The notes: generated by a model not told the origin, from the letters alone. Shown: positions 38,210 to 51,331, counted from the whole stretch's first letter. The stretch: DNA of 63,984 nucleotides, filler included, from Perkinsus olseni (GCA_013115125.1; 15 parts of 15 records of this genome joined end to end with filler, not necessarily neighbours in it); one strand, 5' to 3'. Numbers and translations: made by a program.

Positions 38210-39031
38210 TCAACCGACCGTACCGAGAGCAACAGCGGCCCCTTCCAGAGTTACAACGATAGTGTTGTCAGTACGGAAGGTAACAGAAGACAAGTCGGCA
38301 ACGTCGCTGAGATCAGGGAAAACCACCTGCTTCTCGGGGCATGCATACTGCACCCTCGCGAGGAGGTCATACAGAGTACCCTGTCCAACAGACTCCAACT
38401 CGTAGTAAACGTATGGACGCCCAGTCTCACGGCGGACAAGCCTGAAGGGAAGCCGGCCAGTAGGTTGGCCACCGCATGTAGCCTGTATACCAACAATCCC
38501 AGTGGTAAATATGTGGTAGGACAGCGTCAGGTGGGGGGCCGTCTCTTCTCTGTATCCAAATTCTCCCACGCTCAGAGAGCGTGCGACCCTTATGAACTCA
38601 ATCGACGCTCCCCGAAAGTTGGTGAGGAAAGAGTCACCGCTGTTGTAATGTATTTCCGTGAAGTCTCCAGTCTGGATACCAGCAGGCGGGTAGCTATCAT
38701 CGGGCTCGATCCGGCCAGCGTCGAGTAATGCCTTCTCGATGACCTTGTACCAACCCCTCAGGGAGCCGGACGAGAAATCGACCGTGTAGTTCGAACCACC
38801 AATCTTAGTCAGAGGGAAGCGACCAAACGATCTACCGGTGCATGGAGGATTAGGCCTGGACAAAGATAGAGGCTCCGCGGTCGCGTAAAAGCCTAGTACA
38901 GCAGTTTGGGCCTCAACGCCGACAACAATGAAGTGGTCCTCACCATAGTGAATGTACTCGCCAACATCTTGAGCGGTGGTGAGAAGCACAAGTAGAGCGA
39001 CAACTAGGCAAGCCGGGGCGACGATCATCAT
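38210..39031 (-). CDS. Secreted two-domain beta-rich protein resembling expanded Perkinsus families
   Basis: Signal peptide ending TTA-QD; internal repeat VGEYIH/VGEFGY, FPL, GDFTEI/DLSSV. Confidence 0.8.
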   Translation of the reverse strand: MMIVAPACLVVALLVLLTTAQDVGEYIHYGEDHFIVVGVEAQTAVLGFYATAEPLSLSRPNPPCTGRSFGRFPLTKIGGSNYTVDFSSGSLRGWYKVIEKALLDAGRIEPDDSYPPAGIQTGDFTEIHYNSGDSFLTNFRGASIEFIRVARSLSVGEFGYREETAPHLTLSYHIFTTGIVGIQATCGGQPTGRLPFRLVRRETGRPYVYYELESVGQGTLYDLLARVQYACPEKQVVFPDLSDVADLSSVTFRTDNTIVVTLEGAAVALGTVG

Positions 39032-39281
39032 CCGGTGCGTTAAGTAGGACACGGGAGGAGGGGGGGGGGGGGCAACACTGCAAAAGAGGGCGAATTAGCA
39101 GCCACAACTGTCAGCTGTGTTACTGGTTGAGCTTGGCATAACACAAGGGAAATACTTGGGAATAGAAGCATACATATTAGTNNNNNNNNNNNNNNNNNNN
39201 NNNNNNNNNNNNNNNNNNNNNNNNNTTAATTAATTAANNNNNNNNNNNNNNNNNNNNNNNNNNNNNNNNNNNNNNNNNNNN

Positions 39282-41702
39282 AACACCAAGTGCTCGCGGA
39301 AGCACTAGTGTCCACCCATACCTGCAAGTCGAAGGTATTCGTGCAGGTTGATGGATGGACTCCCGGGCATCGCTACACCCCAATGTTGGTGACGTGCATC
39401 TCTTTTGGAATACCAGTGGGTGTCACTGCCGTACCGTCTGCCACAGAGACTCCCGATACTACAGAGTGGAGGACATATCCATTGGTTGGACGCGAACTCC
39501 GTGCGAAGGAGAAAGAAACTGGAGAGGAACTGGCGGAGTACATATTCGACGAAGTATTCCAGCCCCTACTCGAAAGTAAGTATTTTTGGTCGAACGTCCG
39601 AATCTCCTTTGGCAGATGATATTTGGCCCAGTGGAGTTGTCTCGGACAGCGCGCCAAATATAGCCGCAGGTGTGCGAATCGCCATCGAGAGGCTGAGGGA
39701 TGCTGACTGCGCTGAATCTGCCTCTTTCTGTAACCCTGCCACGGAAGAAAGGCCCCCTATCTTTCATCAGCATTGTGCCTCGCACTTACACGGCATTCTA
39801 GTCCGGGAGTTACTGAGCGACGAGGGACAGTTCGCGGACCTAACCAGATTGGCCGTAGCAGCCCGGGCCCTAACGACCCTCTCATACCCGCACAGACTCT
39901 ATAAAGGAAAGATGATTGCTCAAATTTTCCCTGTGCGATGGCTCACCGGAGCAGCGGCGATAAGAGGTGTTCGAGACAACTGGAACGTGCTGGGAGCTCT
40001 CGTAGAGGATCTTCGTGCGGATTGGGATAGGTGAGCCTGGACTGAATGGCGCTTTTATTGTGAGCGACTTTGTTGACAGAATCGGTCTCGTCAGGTTGAG
40101 CGGACCTACCCGAATTGCCCTGGACACCTTTGTTGAGAAGCTCGATGGGGTATCAAGTGACTATTTGGATGAGGTCTGTGCGCTTTTGGATCCCCTCGAG
40201 AGACTGAATAGAGAATTACAACAGGAAGGAGTGGCAGTCATGCGAGGACTCAAGCTTACACACGAGTGCTACTCCCAACTGTGCAAAAACACACTCCTTA
40301 CTAAGGCATCTAGGGATCTTGTTCGAAAAAGGTACGTCTCTTCTCTTCGCGAACTCATTTGCGCCTATCGTTGTTGCTCAGGCTTCGCATGATTGAGAAA
40401 AAGAGGGGATTTGTTAGATTCTTCTCTCCAACATCGTGGCAGGCTGATCGCAAAGTGCAGCGTGTTGTTATCAAACGCTGTCGCCGAGCCCTTCGTGATT
40501 TTGATGAAGCATACCCAGGTGTTCTTGATCTTGAGGAAAGCTTGTCTCACGCAGAGCAGTTCTTAAGAGGCACAGGTGAGCCTACCCCTAGCATTTAAAT
40601 TAAGAATTCGGTCCACTTTTTAGGCTGTTTCGCCAAGTACTCAAGATCAGAGAGCGATCAGGCGTATTGGCAGCAAGTTAGTGCGGAACAGAGGTCGACG
40701 TTGGCGGACTATTTGTCCATCTGCGCGTGCCAGCCAGTTTCCAATGCTCCTATTGAACGACTATTCTCATCTTGCAAGGCTGTTACGAAGTAGGAATCGT
40801 TAAAGGTGGTTGGCTACGTTGTGTAGTTTAGATGATCCATACTGCATATTTTGAAATGTTCTCCGCTCCGAGAACCTCCCAAACGCTTCCTGTGTTAGAT
40901 TAAATGCGAAGCCTTCGACTATATTCCGGCAGGTAGTGCTCAGATGGATGGGAAAGAGGGCCATACAAAGAGAAGTGATCCGGGAGGTTGCAGAATCCGG
41001 CTGGCTCTTTACTTGGCTCTATACTCAGATACTCGAAGCCGCGGCGGAGCGACGACCAAAATCCAACCCTGAAGGAGATATCTTGCTAGACACGTCTTCG
41101 GATTCTGAAGAGAATGACTATATCGAGAGTGGGAGCTGCGGCTCGGAGGCCTCAGGGCTCACTCTCGGAACAGACTCCGACTGGGAGGATTGTTCATTCT
41201 TGAGCAACGACGACGTCCGGGGGGAGGATACTACCGCACAGCCACAAAGGCGCAAGCCTGTGACCCAAGTCCGAGAACTCAATGTAGAGTTTGGCCATGA
41301 CGCGAGTCCAGGTACTACAGGGCGGATAAAGCGGACGCTTCGTGCCGACGATGGTCTAATAAAGATATGTCATGCATTCGATCAGGTCCTCATGTTGCTG
41401 GGTCTCCTGTGAGAATTACGCCAGAGCAAGTGGCGGCGGAGCCGGACGGTCTGGAATGCATCCATCACACCCTCGCCGACACAGGCTGCGGCAGTGGGGC
41501 AGGAAATTGGCGGCGTGATCGTGGATTCATATTCCCAGAAACGTCATGCACCTCCAGCGGCCAGTTGCCAACACGCAGGGCTCGGCTCCGATATTTCATT
41601 TATTACCCCGACATGAATCCTCCCACACGCAGTGATTCTTACACTCTCAGAGACCTCAATGCTAAGATTGAGGAGGGCGAGATTGTGATAGACTCCGTGT
41701 AG
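39282..41702 (+). mobile_element. hAT transposase (5' truncated, spliced) with an intact catalytic set and a C-terminal extension
   Basis: VDGWT, VVSDSAPN, CASH, VRW and PVSNAPIERLFS; introns at 39576-39615, 40031-40079 and further downstream. Confidence 0.85.
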
Positions 41703-41917
41703 TCATATGTCTGTTGTGGGACTCCGTGTAGTCTCACTTTATTGTGCAGCGCGTGCTAGAAATTCTAGCCTTGAACAGTTCTAGTAGAACTCTCTTCCAT
41801 TGATGCTTTGGTATTGGGTTAAAGTGAATTTATAAGTTGGAAGAGCTGGACGTTGGGTGTTTATGCTTGACGGATCGTCAGCGTGGGCCCTGTTATATTA
41901 TCCCTATATTCACCGTA

Positions 41918-43517
41918 ATGAGCCATCGTCGGTCTGGGCCTGGGAGGCCACCTCCCGCGAATGACATAAACCCCTACGACTACTACTATGCGAAGAATCC
42001 GGACTCCAAGAGCAGTGCTTTGTGGACCTGCGGCATATGCCAAAAGACCTCTACAGCTGCGAAGCCGAATGCAACTCAGTTCCGGGAGCATCTGCACAAA
42101 TTCCATGAGGACGTTATCACCGGTCAAACCCATGGAGATGATGTCGTTGTCCAAGCCGGTTCAAGCCGTGTTCAGGCCGAGGCTTCCCAGGCTGTTCCAG
42201 CCATCAGACAGCCGCCTACATACAGCACAACGGTAAATCGCTTCTTCATTCCGCTACCTGACCAACCGACGATAAACCTCTTTGAAAAGCGGTTTGTTGG
42301 TGCGCTGATGAGCGTCGGTGTCCGGCCTATCGTAGTGCTGAAGGACGTTGAGCAGTTTGCTAAATCACTCCGTGTTCTACGCCCGGGGGTGAAGCTAGAC
42401 TGGAATCCTGAGAGGCTCGGGTTTCTCCAGAGGGCTGTCACAAAAGATGCTGTAGACTTCGCGCAAGACACTATCGTCCAGGAGAAGACCAAGTCGCAGC
42501 TCAAGGGTAAAACTCCGGTGACGCTCATCCTCGACATGGTTGAGCCATTAGACAAGGGCGATAGTGAGACTATGATCTTCATGATTTTCGCTTGCATTTC
42601 TTTATCTGGTGGGCTCAAAGTTGTTCCACTCCAAGGACGCACTGTGGATGTGTCCGTACGCGATGGCGCATCGAGCTGCTCAACCGAAAGTGACGTACCA
42701 CTAAGGCTAGATGGTGCCATGGACGTAATTACCAAAGACTGCCTTGGTAAACTTCACGAGAGTAAGTTGCGGGTGGAGGTCCCAATTTACCAATTGGGAA
42801 TCGTCGTTATATCTCAGATGATTTGGAGGTCTTCGCCGTTATCACTCGGTCTGATCCTCTCCTTGACGAGCTACGTGACCTACTTGTGGTTACCCTCATG
42901 AAGTCTACGGAGGGCAGCTTGAACTTTCTACAACTACCTCGCCTATCTCTTCTGTGCTTCGTCGAGAAAGTGGAAGCGATCATAGAAGATTTCATAGTCT
43001 CACCACAAAATTCCAATCCATTGTCAGATTGGTACAGAATGTGTACATCCGTTGCTGGCTTTGTTGAGGATCACCCCCTCTACAAAGGAGGGGATGTCGC
43101 CCGTGAGGTTGTGGGATGTTTCTCCAGCGCATACCCTACTGCACAAGCGATTGTTGACGAGTGGGTTCCTATACAAGAAGCGCTTGCGGCCAGTGCCGTT
43201 TCGGAAACTTGGAAAAGGTAGTATGCTCCATCCACCTTGCGCGTGGTGACGCTACAGTTGACAGGTTGACTCGTAAGAAGCAGCTGCTTCATGCAAAAAT
43301 AAGCGGCTCCTTTTCTAATCCTGAAACACACCAAACCGCACTGAAATGCGCGGGGGTTCTACGAGTTCTTACTGATCTAAGATCGCGCTTCTGTGAAGAA
43401 TCAACTTCGTTATTTCAAGCTGTTTCGCTGGTAGACAAGGCCATCTAGGCACACACACGCAGCAAAGCCGCTAGCCGTGCGATGTCGAGTCTGGCTTCAT
43501 TGTGTTGCGATGGAGGT
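41918..43517 (+). CDS. BED-finger hAT-derived paralog with degenerate catalytic motifs (3' truncated)
   Basis: WTCGIC...FREHLHKFH BED finger; TLILD; intron 42762-42817 at the same position as in the upstream transposase. Confidence 0.7.
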
Positions 43518-43688
43518 NNNNNNNNNNNNNNNNNNNNNNNNNNNNNNNNNNNNNNNNNNNNTTAATTAATTAANNNNNNNNNNNNNNNNNNNNNNNNNNN
43601 NNNNNNNNNNNNNNNNNGTCAGCGCATTGCAGGACTCTTGTGCGCGCTCTGACCATTAGTTCCACGCATACTGTGACGCTCAGACCAG

Positions 43689-45005
43689 TTGCTGTGGCGA
43701 GTGTACCCAACACACCGATTTTTTTTCGTGTCATCGCCTCAGAGTTTCTCACAGAGAGTGCAAGCGGCGCAGGTTGATATCGCGGAGCTTCGAGACAGGG
43801 CGAGGGTGGACAACGACCTGTGGTTCACGATGTGCGAAGCTCTGGCTGGCGAAGAGGGCCACCTGGTGACGGTAGCGGACCTGGGCTTTATGCACCCAGG
43901 CGACGTGTCGGCGTTCTTCGACTCTCTCGAGAATGCGCTCGACCGTTCGCGGGCCGGTATCCTATATGAACTGTGTAGGGAGGCCTGTGGGTTGCCGAAC
44001 GTCTTGGTTACCACGGCTGCGGATCCGGCTCCCGAGAGTGGCCCGGTGCGTGATGCTTCGAGCTCGTCCGTTGAACCGCCTCGTAAGAAGGCCAAGATGA
44101 GTCTCTTCATTGACGCGGTTGATGAGTCCTCGTTCGCGGTGGTCCCACCGCAGACCTACGATTCCTTGGTGAGTGCGTTTCGCAAAAGGTATGGTGACGT
44201 GGAGGATGTCGAGTTGCCGACGTTGGAGCAGCTGTCTGGTGTGCAGGCTAAGGTACTCGAAGGTTCATGCCCCTACTGTGATTTCTCGGTCTTCACGGTC
44301 GCCCCACGTGAAAGGTTACGTCGTCTGAAAGCCCAGGGCTGGTCTTTCAACCAAGAGGGCGAAGCTCAGAGAGTGGGATCCCTGCGTATACCTACTTTCG
44401 CAGAATGGTTGGCCAGCTTCGAACTGTTCTCGAATGCTCTACTCATGTTGGAGGTTGCTACGTCGGCCGACTTGAAGAAGTACAAGCAGTTGGTGTCCGG
44501 CCTGCAGGATACGTACAAGGACTTCTGGCTGCAAATCTATTCGGCCGACGATTTTATGCGAAGCGTCCGGCTACCTCGTTACAAGACCTCTGACGAGGTT
44601 AGCTGGGGGGCTTGCTTCGTTGCGGCCTGTGTCGATCTGGCCTATTGGGCCGATCGCGTCGACCGCGTGATCTTCAAGCTCCGCGCGGCGGGTGCCACCA
44701 GTTCTCCGGCACCTAGCTCTGCGCAGGCTTCTGGTGTCCCGGCCTCCACCTCCACTCCATCCACTTCCCTCTCGTCCGGCAAGAAGAGGCAGATATGTTT
44801 CGCCTACCAGAGTGGCAGGCACGGTGATGGGGATTGTCCAGCTGGACGTCGCCATGTCTGCATGAAGTGTCGTGCCGCCCACCCGTTACCACGTGGTAAC
44901 AGGGATTGCCCGCGTCCTAGGGCTTCTCAGGGAGGCGCTACCTCCGATCCCCCGGACACCTCCAAGTCTACAGCTCGGTCGTCCAAAGCCGCCGGGGCCA
45001 ACTGA
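43689..45005 (+). CDS. gag: DIRS/Ngaro-type gag-like ORF1
   Basis: C-terminal ICFAYQ...C...HVCMKC...H zinc finger; followed by RNase H and YR. Confidence 0.8.
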   Translation: MLWRVYPTHRFFFVSSPQSFSQRVQAAQVDIAELRDRARVDNDLWFTMCEALAGEEGHLVTVADLGFMHPGDVSAFFDSLENALDRSRAGILYELCREACGLPNVLVTTAADPAPESGPVRDASSSSVEPPRKKAKMSLFIDAVDESSFAVVPPQTYDSLVSAFRKRYGDVEDVELPTLEQLSGVQAKVLEGSCPYCDFSVFTVAPRERLRRLKAQGWSFNQEGEAQRVGSLRIPTFAEWLASFELFSNALLMLEVATSADLKKYKQLVSGLQDTYKDFWLQIYSADDFMRSVRLPRYKTSDEVSWGACFVAACVDLAYWADRVDRVIFKLRAAGATSSPAPSSAQASGVPASTSTPSTSLSSGKKRQICFAYQSGRHGDGDCPAGRRHVCMKCRAAHPLPRGNRDCPRPRASQGGATSDPPDTSKSTARSSKAAGAN

Positions 45006-46432
45006 ACCGAGGCTCCCGACCCGAACACGTCTGGTCAGCCTGGGGTCTCGAAGGCTTCTGACTCTGGCTCGAGTCATGTCACGACTTCCCCAATTGGTGG
45101 TCTACGTCGCTCTGATCTGACTGCTAATGCTCTTCCCCGTGGTCGGGTCGCGCTGGCTCGTGTGCGCCAGTCCTTTGAGTCATTGTTGCTATCTCATCCG
45201 TCTGTGATTGAGGCTCTTCTACTGTCTGCTGACCCCTTCCAATGCTTGGAAGTGAAGTCCGTCGTTTCGTTGGCACGCGCAGAGCTTGCGCGTATTCTGT
45301 CTTGCCCGTCGTCTGCCCTACGGCCTTCTCATACCTGCTCTTCAGTGCGAGGCCATCTTCTGGCTGCTTTCTGCTCTGCAGTAGGAGATCCAGATACCGA
45401 GGTTGCCAATTGGTTTATCAAAGGGTGCCCTGTCGGCCTGGCTTCGCCTATTCCTTACTGCAATGTTTTTCCACTGAGAGACGCGGAGTGTGATCGCGCC
45501 GGCTCCCGTTGCCTATCAGATGGGTTGGGGTGGTTTTTTCGTTGCACCAGGCCGGCATTGTGGTCCGCATACCGGATGAGAAGTTGCGGTCTGTTCTGGC
45601 CTTAGCTGAGTCTGCTCTGTCGAAACGTTGCATCCCGGTGAAGATGTTAAGACGTGTATGTGGGAAGTTCGCGTGGATTGGGCAGACGGTCCCTTTTGTG
45701 CACGCCTTCGTCTCTCCCCTTTGGAGGTGTCTCGGATGGGCCGACCGCCACTCCGTCTCGGCAGTCAGAGTCGAGAGTCTCCGCCCGTCGCTGGTCTGGC
45801 TCAAGACTTTCATAAACCTCCACTTCGAGTCTGTTCGGCAGCAGGATGCTGCCGAAGGTTGCTACTCTCGTGTGTACCCGTGTGCCTCTCTCACAACCTC
45901 CCCGTGGTCAATCGTGGTCGATGCCTCGACTACAGGTGTGGGCGGTGTCCTCTACGAGGGCTCGCGCCCCGTATCTTGGTTCGCTGATTCATTGAAGAAG
46001 GTCGACTTCGAGCGCTTCGACTCCGCTCCTAGAGATTGCAAGCGTCAAGCGGTTTGGGAGGCTCTTGCGATCTTGATTGCCTGCCGTCTCTGGCTCCCTT
46101 CTCTCCCTAGGTTTTGGACTGTTAAGTGCTGTAGTGATTCTCGGACGGCTCTCAGTTCCTTGATGTCTCTCAAGTCTCGCAGCAAAGCGTTAATCCTCAT
46201 CGCCCAGGAACTTGCCCTAGACTGTGCTCTGGAGGGAAGGTGGTTTAACCTCTCTTTCTCTCATGTCCCTGGTGCGTCTAATCAATGGGCCGATGCCCTC
46301 AGCCGTTTGTCTGAAGGCATTAGCATTCCGTCAGCCCTTGAGTCTGTCCCGCGTGTGCCGTGTCCGGATAGGTCTCCAGACGCAGGCTTCTGGCGGGTCG
46401 CTGACCCGCCTCAGTGCATTGCGATGCATTGA
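45006..46432 (+). pseudogene. DIRS-type pol with the RT core deleted and RNase H retained
   Basis: Pre-RT GCPVG region joins directly to the RT end (RWVGVVF..IPDEK); VDASTTGVGG, EALA, SDS and HVPGASNQWADALSR present; no YxDD. Confidence 0.8.
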
Positions 46433-47120
46433 TTGCACCTTAGACAGGTCGAGTTTCCCGGGTTAGATATGCTGCGTGTTTTCGTCTTGCGGCGTCCATG
46501 TCCGAGCTTGCCTGGGTTTTGGGAGTGTTTGTCGGGGCTTTGGTTTGTAGCTTGCATCCGGTGTGCCCCCGCGGGCCGTGCGCCACGGCTGGAGAGTGTC
46601 CTGTTAGCTCGCTACTGCGTGCCAGTTTGCTGCTGGCATTCTGGTTGTAGGTTTGTTCGGGGTGAGCTTGGAATGGTGGAGAATTTGAGGTTTGTGTGGC
46701 CATGGTCCGCCGTTCCTTCGAAACACCATGTTGCAGTTGGCTTTGGGTGTCTTGAAGACACTGCTCTTCTCTCCGCTGGAGATCCTCCGGGCATGTTGTG
46801 GCTCGAATCGACGAATGGTTCTCCATTCCGGCGTTCGGTGATCTGAGCCCTGCTTAAGGGTTGTTGTGTCCCTTAGTTATAACAGGGTAAGCTGTGGCTT
46901 TTTTGTCACGGTCCTGTCCACACCCGTTCTTTCATCTCGCTCGCCTTGGCCATTTGAGAAACGGTTCACCATTCCTCGTCGGGTCAGCCGTCTATAGCTC
47001 TTCCTGCGTATCCACTTGTTTCGGCTCGCTCGTCCCTGATTGCTTGCGGCTCCCTCCGTTCACCTTGCTTGGGGTGTTTGGCCCTCAGGTGTCTCGCTCA
47101 GTTTCAGGTTGTCTGCTGCT

Positions 47121-47726
47121 ATGCCTTCGCCTCCTCGTCGACAGCGCCCCAAGTCTCGTGGTGATCCGTCGACAGCTCTGAAGCTGGTTCAAAATCGTCG
47201 GTCCCTGGAGAAGGCAATATCTACGTTCCGTGGTCTTACCTTCGCTAGTTCCACAAAGTCGACTATGTTGGCCCGGTTGAGACTTTGGAAGCGGTTGTCG
47301 ATCGGGCTCGGCATCGAGTTCACTCCTCTCTCCGCCAACGGAGTCGAGTCGATCATGGCGGTTCTGCGATGCGCCGGCTACCGGTCGGCGGGCTGTTATT
47401 TGAGTGCCATTATCAGCTATAATCGTGATCAATGGCATGTTATGGATTCCGCAACCGAGGCTGCAGTCCGGAGAGCACGGTTGGCGTGTAAGCGCAACCT
47501 TGGTCCGCCGACGCGGATGCGGGGCATTTCTCTGGCCGAGCTCCGCCTCCTAGCCTCGAAGCTCACTGGTTTCTATGCTAAACAGAGGGTCGCTGGCTAT
47601 CTCATGGCTAGTTGGTTCCTCCTGCGTTGTTCAGAGGCACTCGCTCTGGATATGCAACATATCCGCTTTGATGAAGGCTCCAAGACTGTCAGTGTCACCA
47701 TCGCCTCTGTAGTGTTCCCGGCTTGA
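47121..47726 (+). pseudogene. Tyrosine recombinase of a YR retrotransposon, N-terminal half
   Basis: ASSTKS..W..Y helical domain and WFLLRCSEAL box I; stops before HxxR/Y. Confidence 0.8.
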
Positions 47727-49317
47727 CCAAACCGTTCACTAGAGACAGCAGGAAGCTCGCCACCCTTAGAACGCGACGGAAACTGTGACATAGGGGAAAT
47801 GGGTTAAACTCTTGATACTTCTTGAATAAGCCATACATTACAACGTNNNNNNNNNNNNNNNNNNNNNNNNNNNNNNNNNNNNNNNNNNNNTTAATTAATT
47901 AANNNNNNNNNNNNNNNNNNNNNNNNNNNNNNNNNNNNNNNNNNNNGCCAGAGATTGGTCAAGTGCGCAATATAATCCCTACGAATGGGAGTACGATTGT
48001 TCGTCCGGACTATACCTTGAGTCTTGCCACAAGACGGATGTGCGTGTTGTGGACTGCGGTGCCAGCTCGGGGCCCAGAAGACAGCGAGATATTGCGAACC
48101 GCCGTCAGACGGTTAGAAAAAAAAAGTAGGGAAAGTTTCCTGGGAATTTTCCGGGAAATTCCCAGGAAATTCCCTTCCCGGGAAATGCGAACTTTTTTTC
48201 CCAAAAACGACAACCCTGCCCATGAAGCGAAGAAAAGTCAGCGTTCGTTTGCAACAACGGGACTGGCACCACCGGTACTGGCACCGTGAGGCGTGGCGAC
48301 ACATGAGGCCGAACCAGTTGCGCCTGGGTTCAACACGTGAACTCAAGCCCGAGATTTCTCCCATGAAACGTCCCTTCAAAAAGGATTAAGTACGGCTGTC
48401 CCACTGTGGGACTCCCACGTTCCGTTTGGCACCGTCGGTGTCCGTCGGGCGGACATCGTCGGGCGATCATCGCACCGATGAGTTGGAAGCCAAACGCAGG
48501 GTTCCACGCCGGATGGGAACAGTGGTCACTGACCAGTGGTCCACTGATCAGACTACTAGGCTGACTCTGCCGTACTTATACGAGGTTTTGGGCACCTGGT
48601 TTCCCTGTCTTACCTCAACGCGCGCGAGCGGATTCACGTCATCTTACTCGCGTCAGCTTCGTGCACTGTAGAACAGATGAAAATGGCTTGGGCCCGTCGC
48701 ATAGCATCGAGGGGAATCAAGTTAACGCTGGCAGTGTCACTGTCGTATGGGGTTGCTCGCTCAAAATGCGAGTGCAACACAGTGCTTTACCACTAGTAAA
48801 TTACTAGTCATCGCTGAGTGGGTGGCGTCACTCGTCAAGAGGCGCTGATGATAGTAGGTCGATAGAAGAGCTAGGAAAGCTCTGAAATCGCGGGCCTCAC
48901 TTCCTCACTCACCACCATGGGCAACTTTGTTCGCACTGCGATGACTAACAGCCAGCCATGTGCCTTGTTCGGCCTTCGCTCGTAAACCGCTGCGTAAGAG
49001 ATGTCGGTTCGAGGATATCGATCCTCCCGCTCGCAGCAAGTAAGCGAGTCACGCCCGGAGTAAGGTTAACCGTCCAGGCGATATCGGAAGCCGAGCGAAT
49101 CTGTCAGGCCGTTGGGGATCCCAACTCGGGACTATCCAGGGATCGTGGCACGATCATCGTGCCAGGCGCTCGGGTACTCGCTGGGTACAAGTATCCTAGC
49201 AACCTTCGGTCAAGTTGAGCCAACATCTAATCCTTCAGGCCACCAAGCCACCAACAGGCCTTCGGGAGGCCTGTCGTCGAACAGTGATTGATTGACTTGC
49301 CGAGTCATGAAGCACAG

Positions 49318-49511
49318 TGGAAGATGCTGGTGCATCGTTATCGCTGTCCAAATCCCCCGTAGCACACAATGTGTCTCTCCCGGTTAAAGGAAGCCTATGG
49401 CTAAGCTTAAGCTGCGAAGAAGTCTACATTGATCAAGTTAAATGAGGCTTTCTAAGGCATTCCCTTGCTATTATCCAGTGTGGTGTTGACTCAATTGGCA
49501 AATCACTAGCA
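49318..49511 (+). mobile_element. Solo LTR of the TRIM family at 18367-19565
   Basis: TG...CA, near-identical to the reverse complement of 19371-19565; perfect 4-bp TSD ACAG. Confidence 0.9.
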
Positions 49512-50911
49512 ACAGGCTCGCGTGCACGCCACTCGCGGCTGCAGCAGTTAAAGCACCATAGCCTAGTTTCAGTCTGACAGTGTCAGCAGGATGGCATTTT
49601 GCGGTGACCGCTGGGCAGTGTCGCTTGATAGATAGTTATTCAGAATAACTTTTCTCCCTGAAGGTCAGGGCCTGACCCCAGATTCCGAAGCTCGAAGAAG
49701 TGCGCATAGCGTCAAGCGTTGGACTTCAGCCTGAGACTCTGTCCGGCACACGCATTATATGGGGCGCGCATTAGCGGCTAGCAGCCGCCACCGGCTACGG
49801 TCGCGGTTCGCTCAGAGACTGCATCCCCGCTACAGCGATACGAGTCACCGATTGGTCGTGTCACACGACTCGTGTAGCATGAGCAGCCGTATCAAAGTGC
49901 GACTAGCACTTTGGTGTGCCCTGTCCTAACCGTAGGCAAAGTCGAAGGCGATTCGTCGATGGTCGCATCAATGAGGCGATTCGGGATCGCGCACCGCAGT
50001 GTAGCATACGGGATAGATTGAGCGAGTCACACGCAGCGAAACGTCAAGCTTCGAGAATATTTGCGTGCGAGATTTGGATCAAGTCGCTCGATGGGTAGAG
50101 ACCCTGCGGTTGAACCCACCTAGTTCAAGAACTAGCGTCGGGGATCTCGGGATGCGATGGCTAGCCTTCCCGTATCTCACGGCCGGTGATCTGAGTCAGA
50201 TAGAGTCATACTCATAGTCACAGGTACGCTGAGTCAGACAATATGAACTTGCGGCCCAGTTGCAGGACCTGGACATCGGTAAGGTACTATGTTTCCCGGG
50301 TCCGACCCGCCGGGTCGCGGCTGCTTTCTGGGCCCAGGTATCAGGCGCTGGTTTCTCTCAACTTAGTGAGAGAGTTAGCAGTTTATTGAGCGCAAACTCA
50401 GCATCCCCTACACGTTCGTTATGTGGCGCGAGACAGTTGCATGTCAACGACTACGCGTGAAAGACAAAGGTCCAGGCCTGGAGCTTCAGGCCCACTAGAG
50501 CCTTGGGGGCTCCAAATTCGAGCTGAGTAGCTGGGCGGACTTCGGTCAGGGAGAACTCGCCTGTCTGGTAATGGAAGCAAGTACCGAAGAGGGTGTAGAC
50601 ACGCACTGTCGGCAGACTCAGGCTCTGGGTCGCCAAGTGTCTTGCCCTCGTCGGTGCTTCACGGGCCGGTTCGTACCGAACCGACCTACTAGGCCCACGC
50701 GACCAGGAGTGGGATATCTAATGAAGGTTAACTTGTTAAACTAGGTTAAAGGCTAACAATGATGGCATGTGCCGTTGTGTATAACTCAAAACTGCCTTGT
50801 TGAGGAATAGCAAGACTTGATTATACACCAAGATTAGTTTATAAGTAACGAATGGAATGGTATTGCCTAAATATTTAGCTCAGCTAACACAATGGGGACA
50901 ACAGGGGACAA

Positions 50912-51331
50912 TTGGGACACGAGTGTGAGGGATACATACCACAACAATCTGAATCAACAATAGTTAAGATGGTCTGCCCTCATATCAGCACAGGCAAGGA
51001 CATGTCCTTCACTACTTTCTGCGATCTCATTCATCATGCAGTTTACTCGTGGAATGACGCCAAGCGCGGTGGTATCAGTCCATGTTCGCCAGTCTGTTCC
51101 TTCCCGGCTTCTATGGGCATGCATGTGCCACGACAGTGTCGTCAAGGGTGCGACTACGTTGATTGGTGGGTTGTCGACCCACTTCCCGATCAAGTCATCG
51201 CTACAGGCACGCGAGTGCTGGGCCGCTGTCCGTCTCCATTGGCTAAGCTAAACTTCCGACGGTATACAGTGATCATAATTCGTCAGGTAAGTGCAAATGA
51301 GTTTATCACGAAGTGTTGGGTCATGAAGTGA
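50912..51331 (+). pseudogene. Decayed retrotransposon integrase C-terminal fragment
   Basis: AVYSWN..GISP pattern; purine tract near 51416-51426. Confidence 0.35.
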
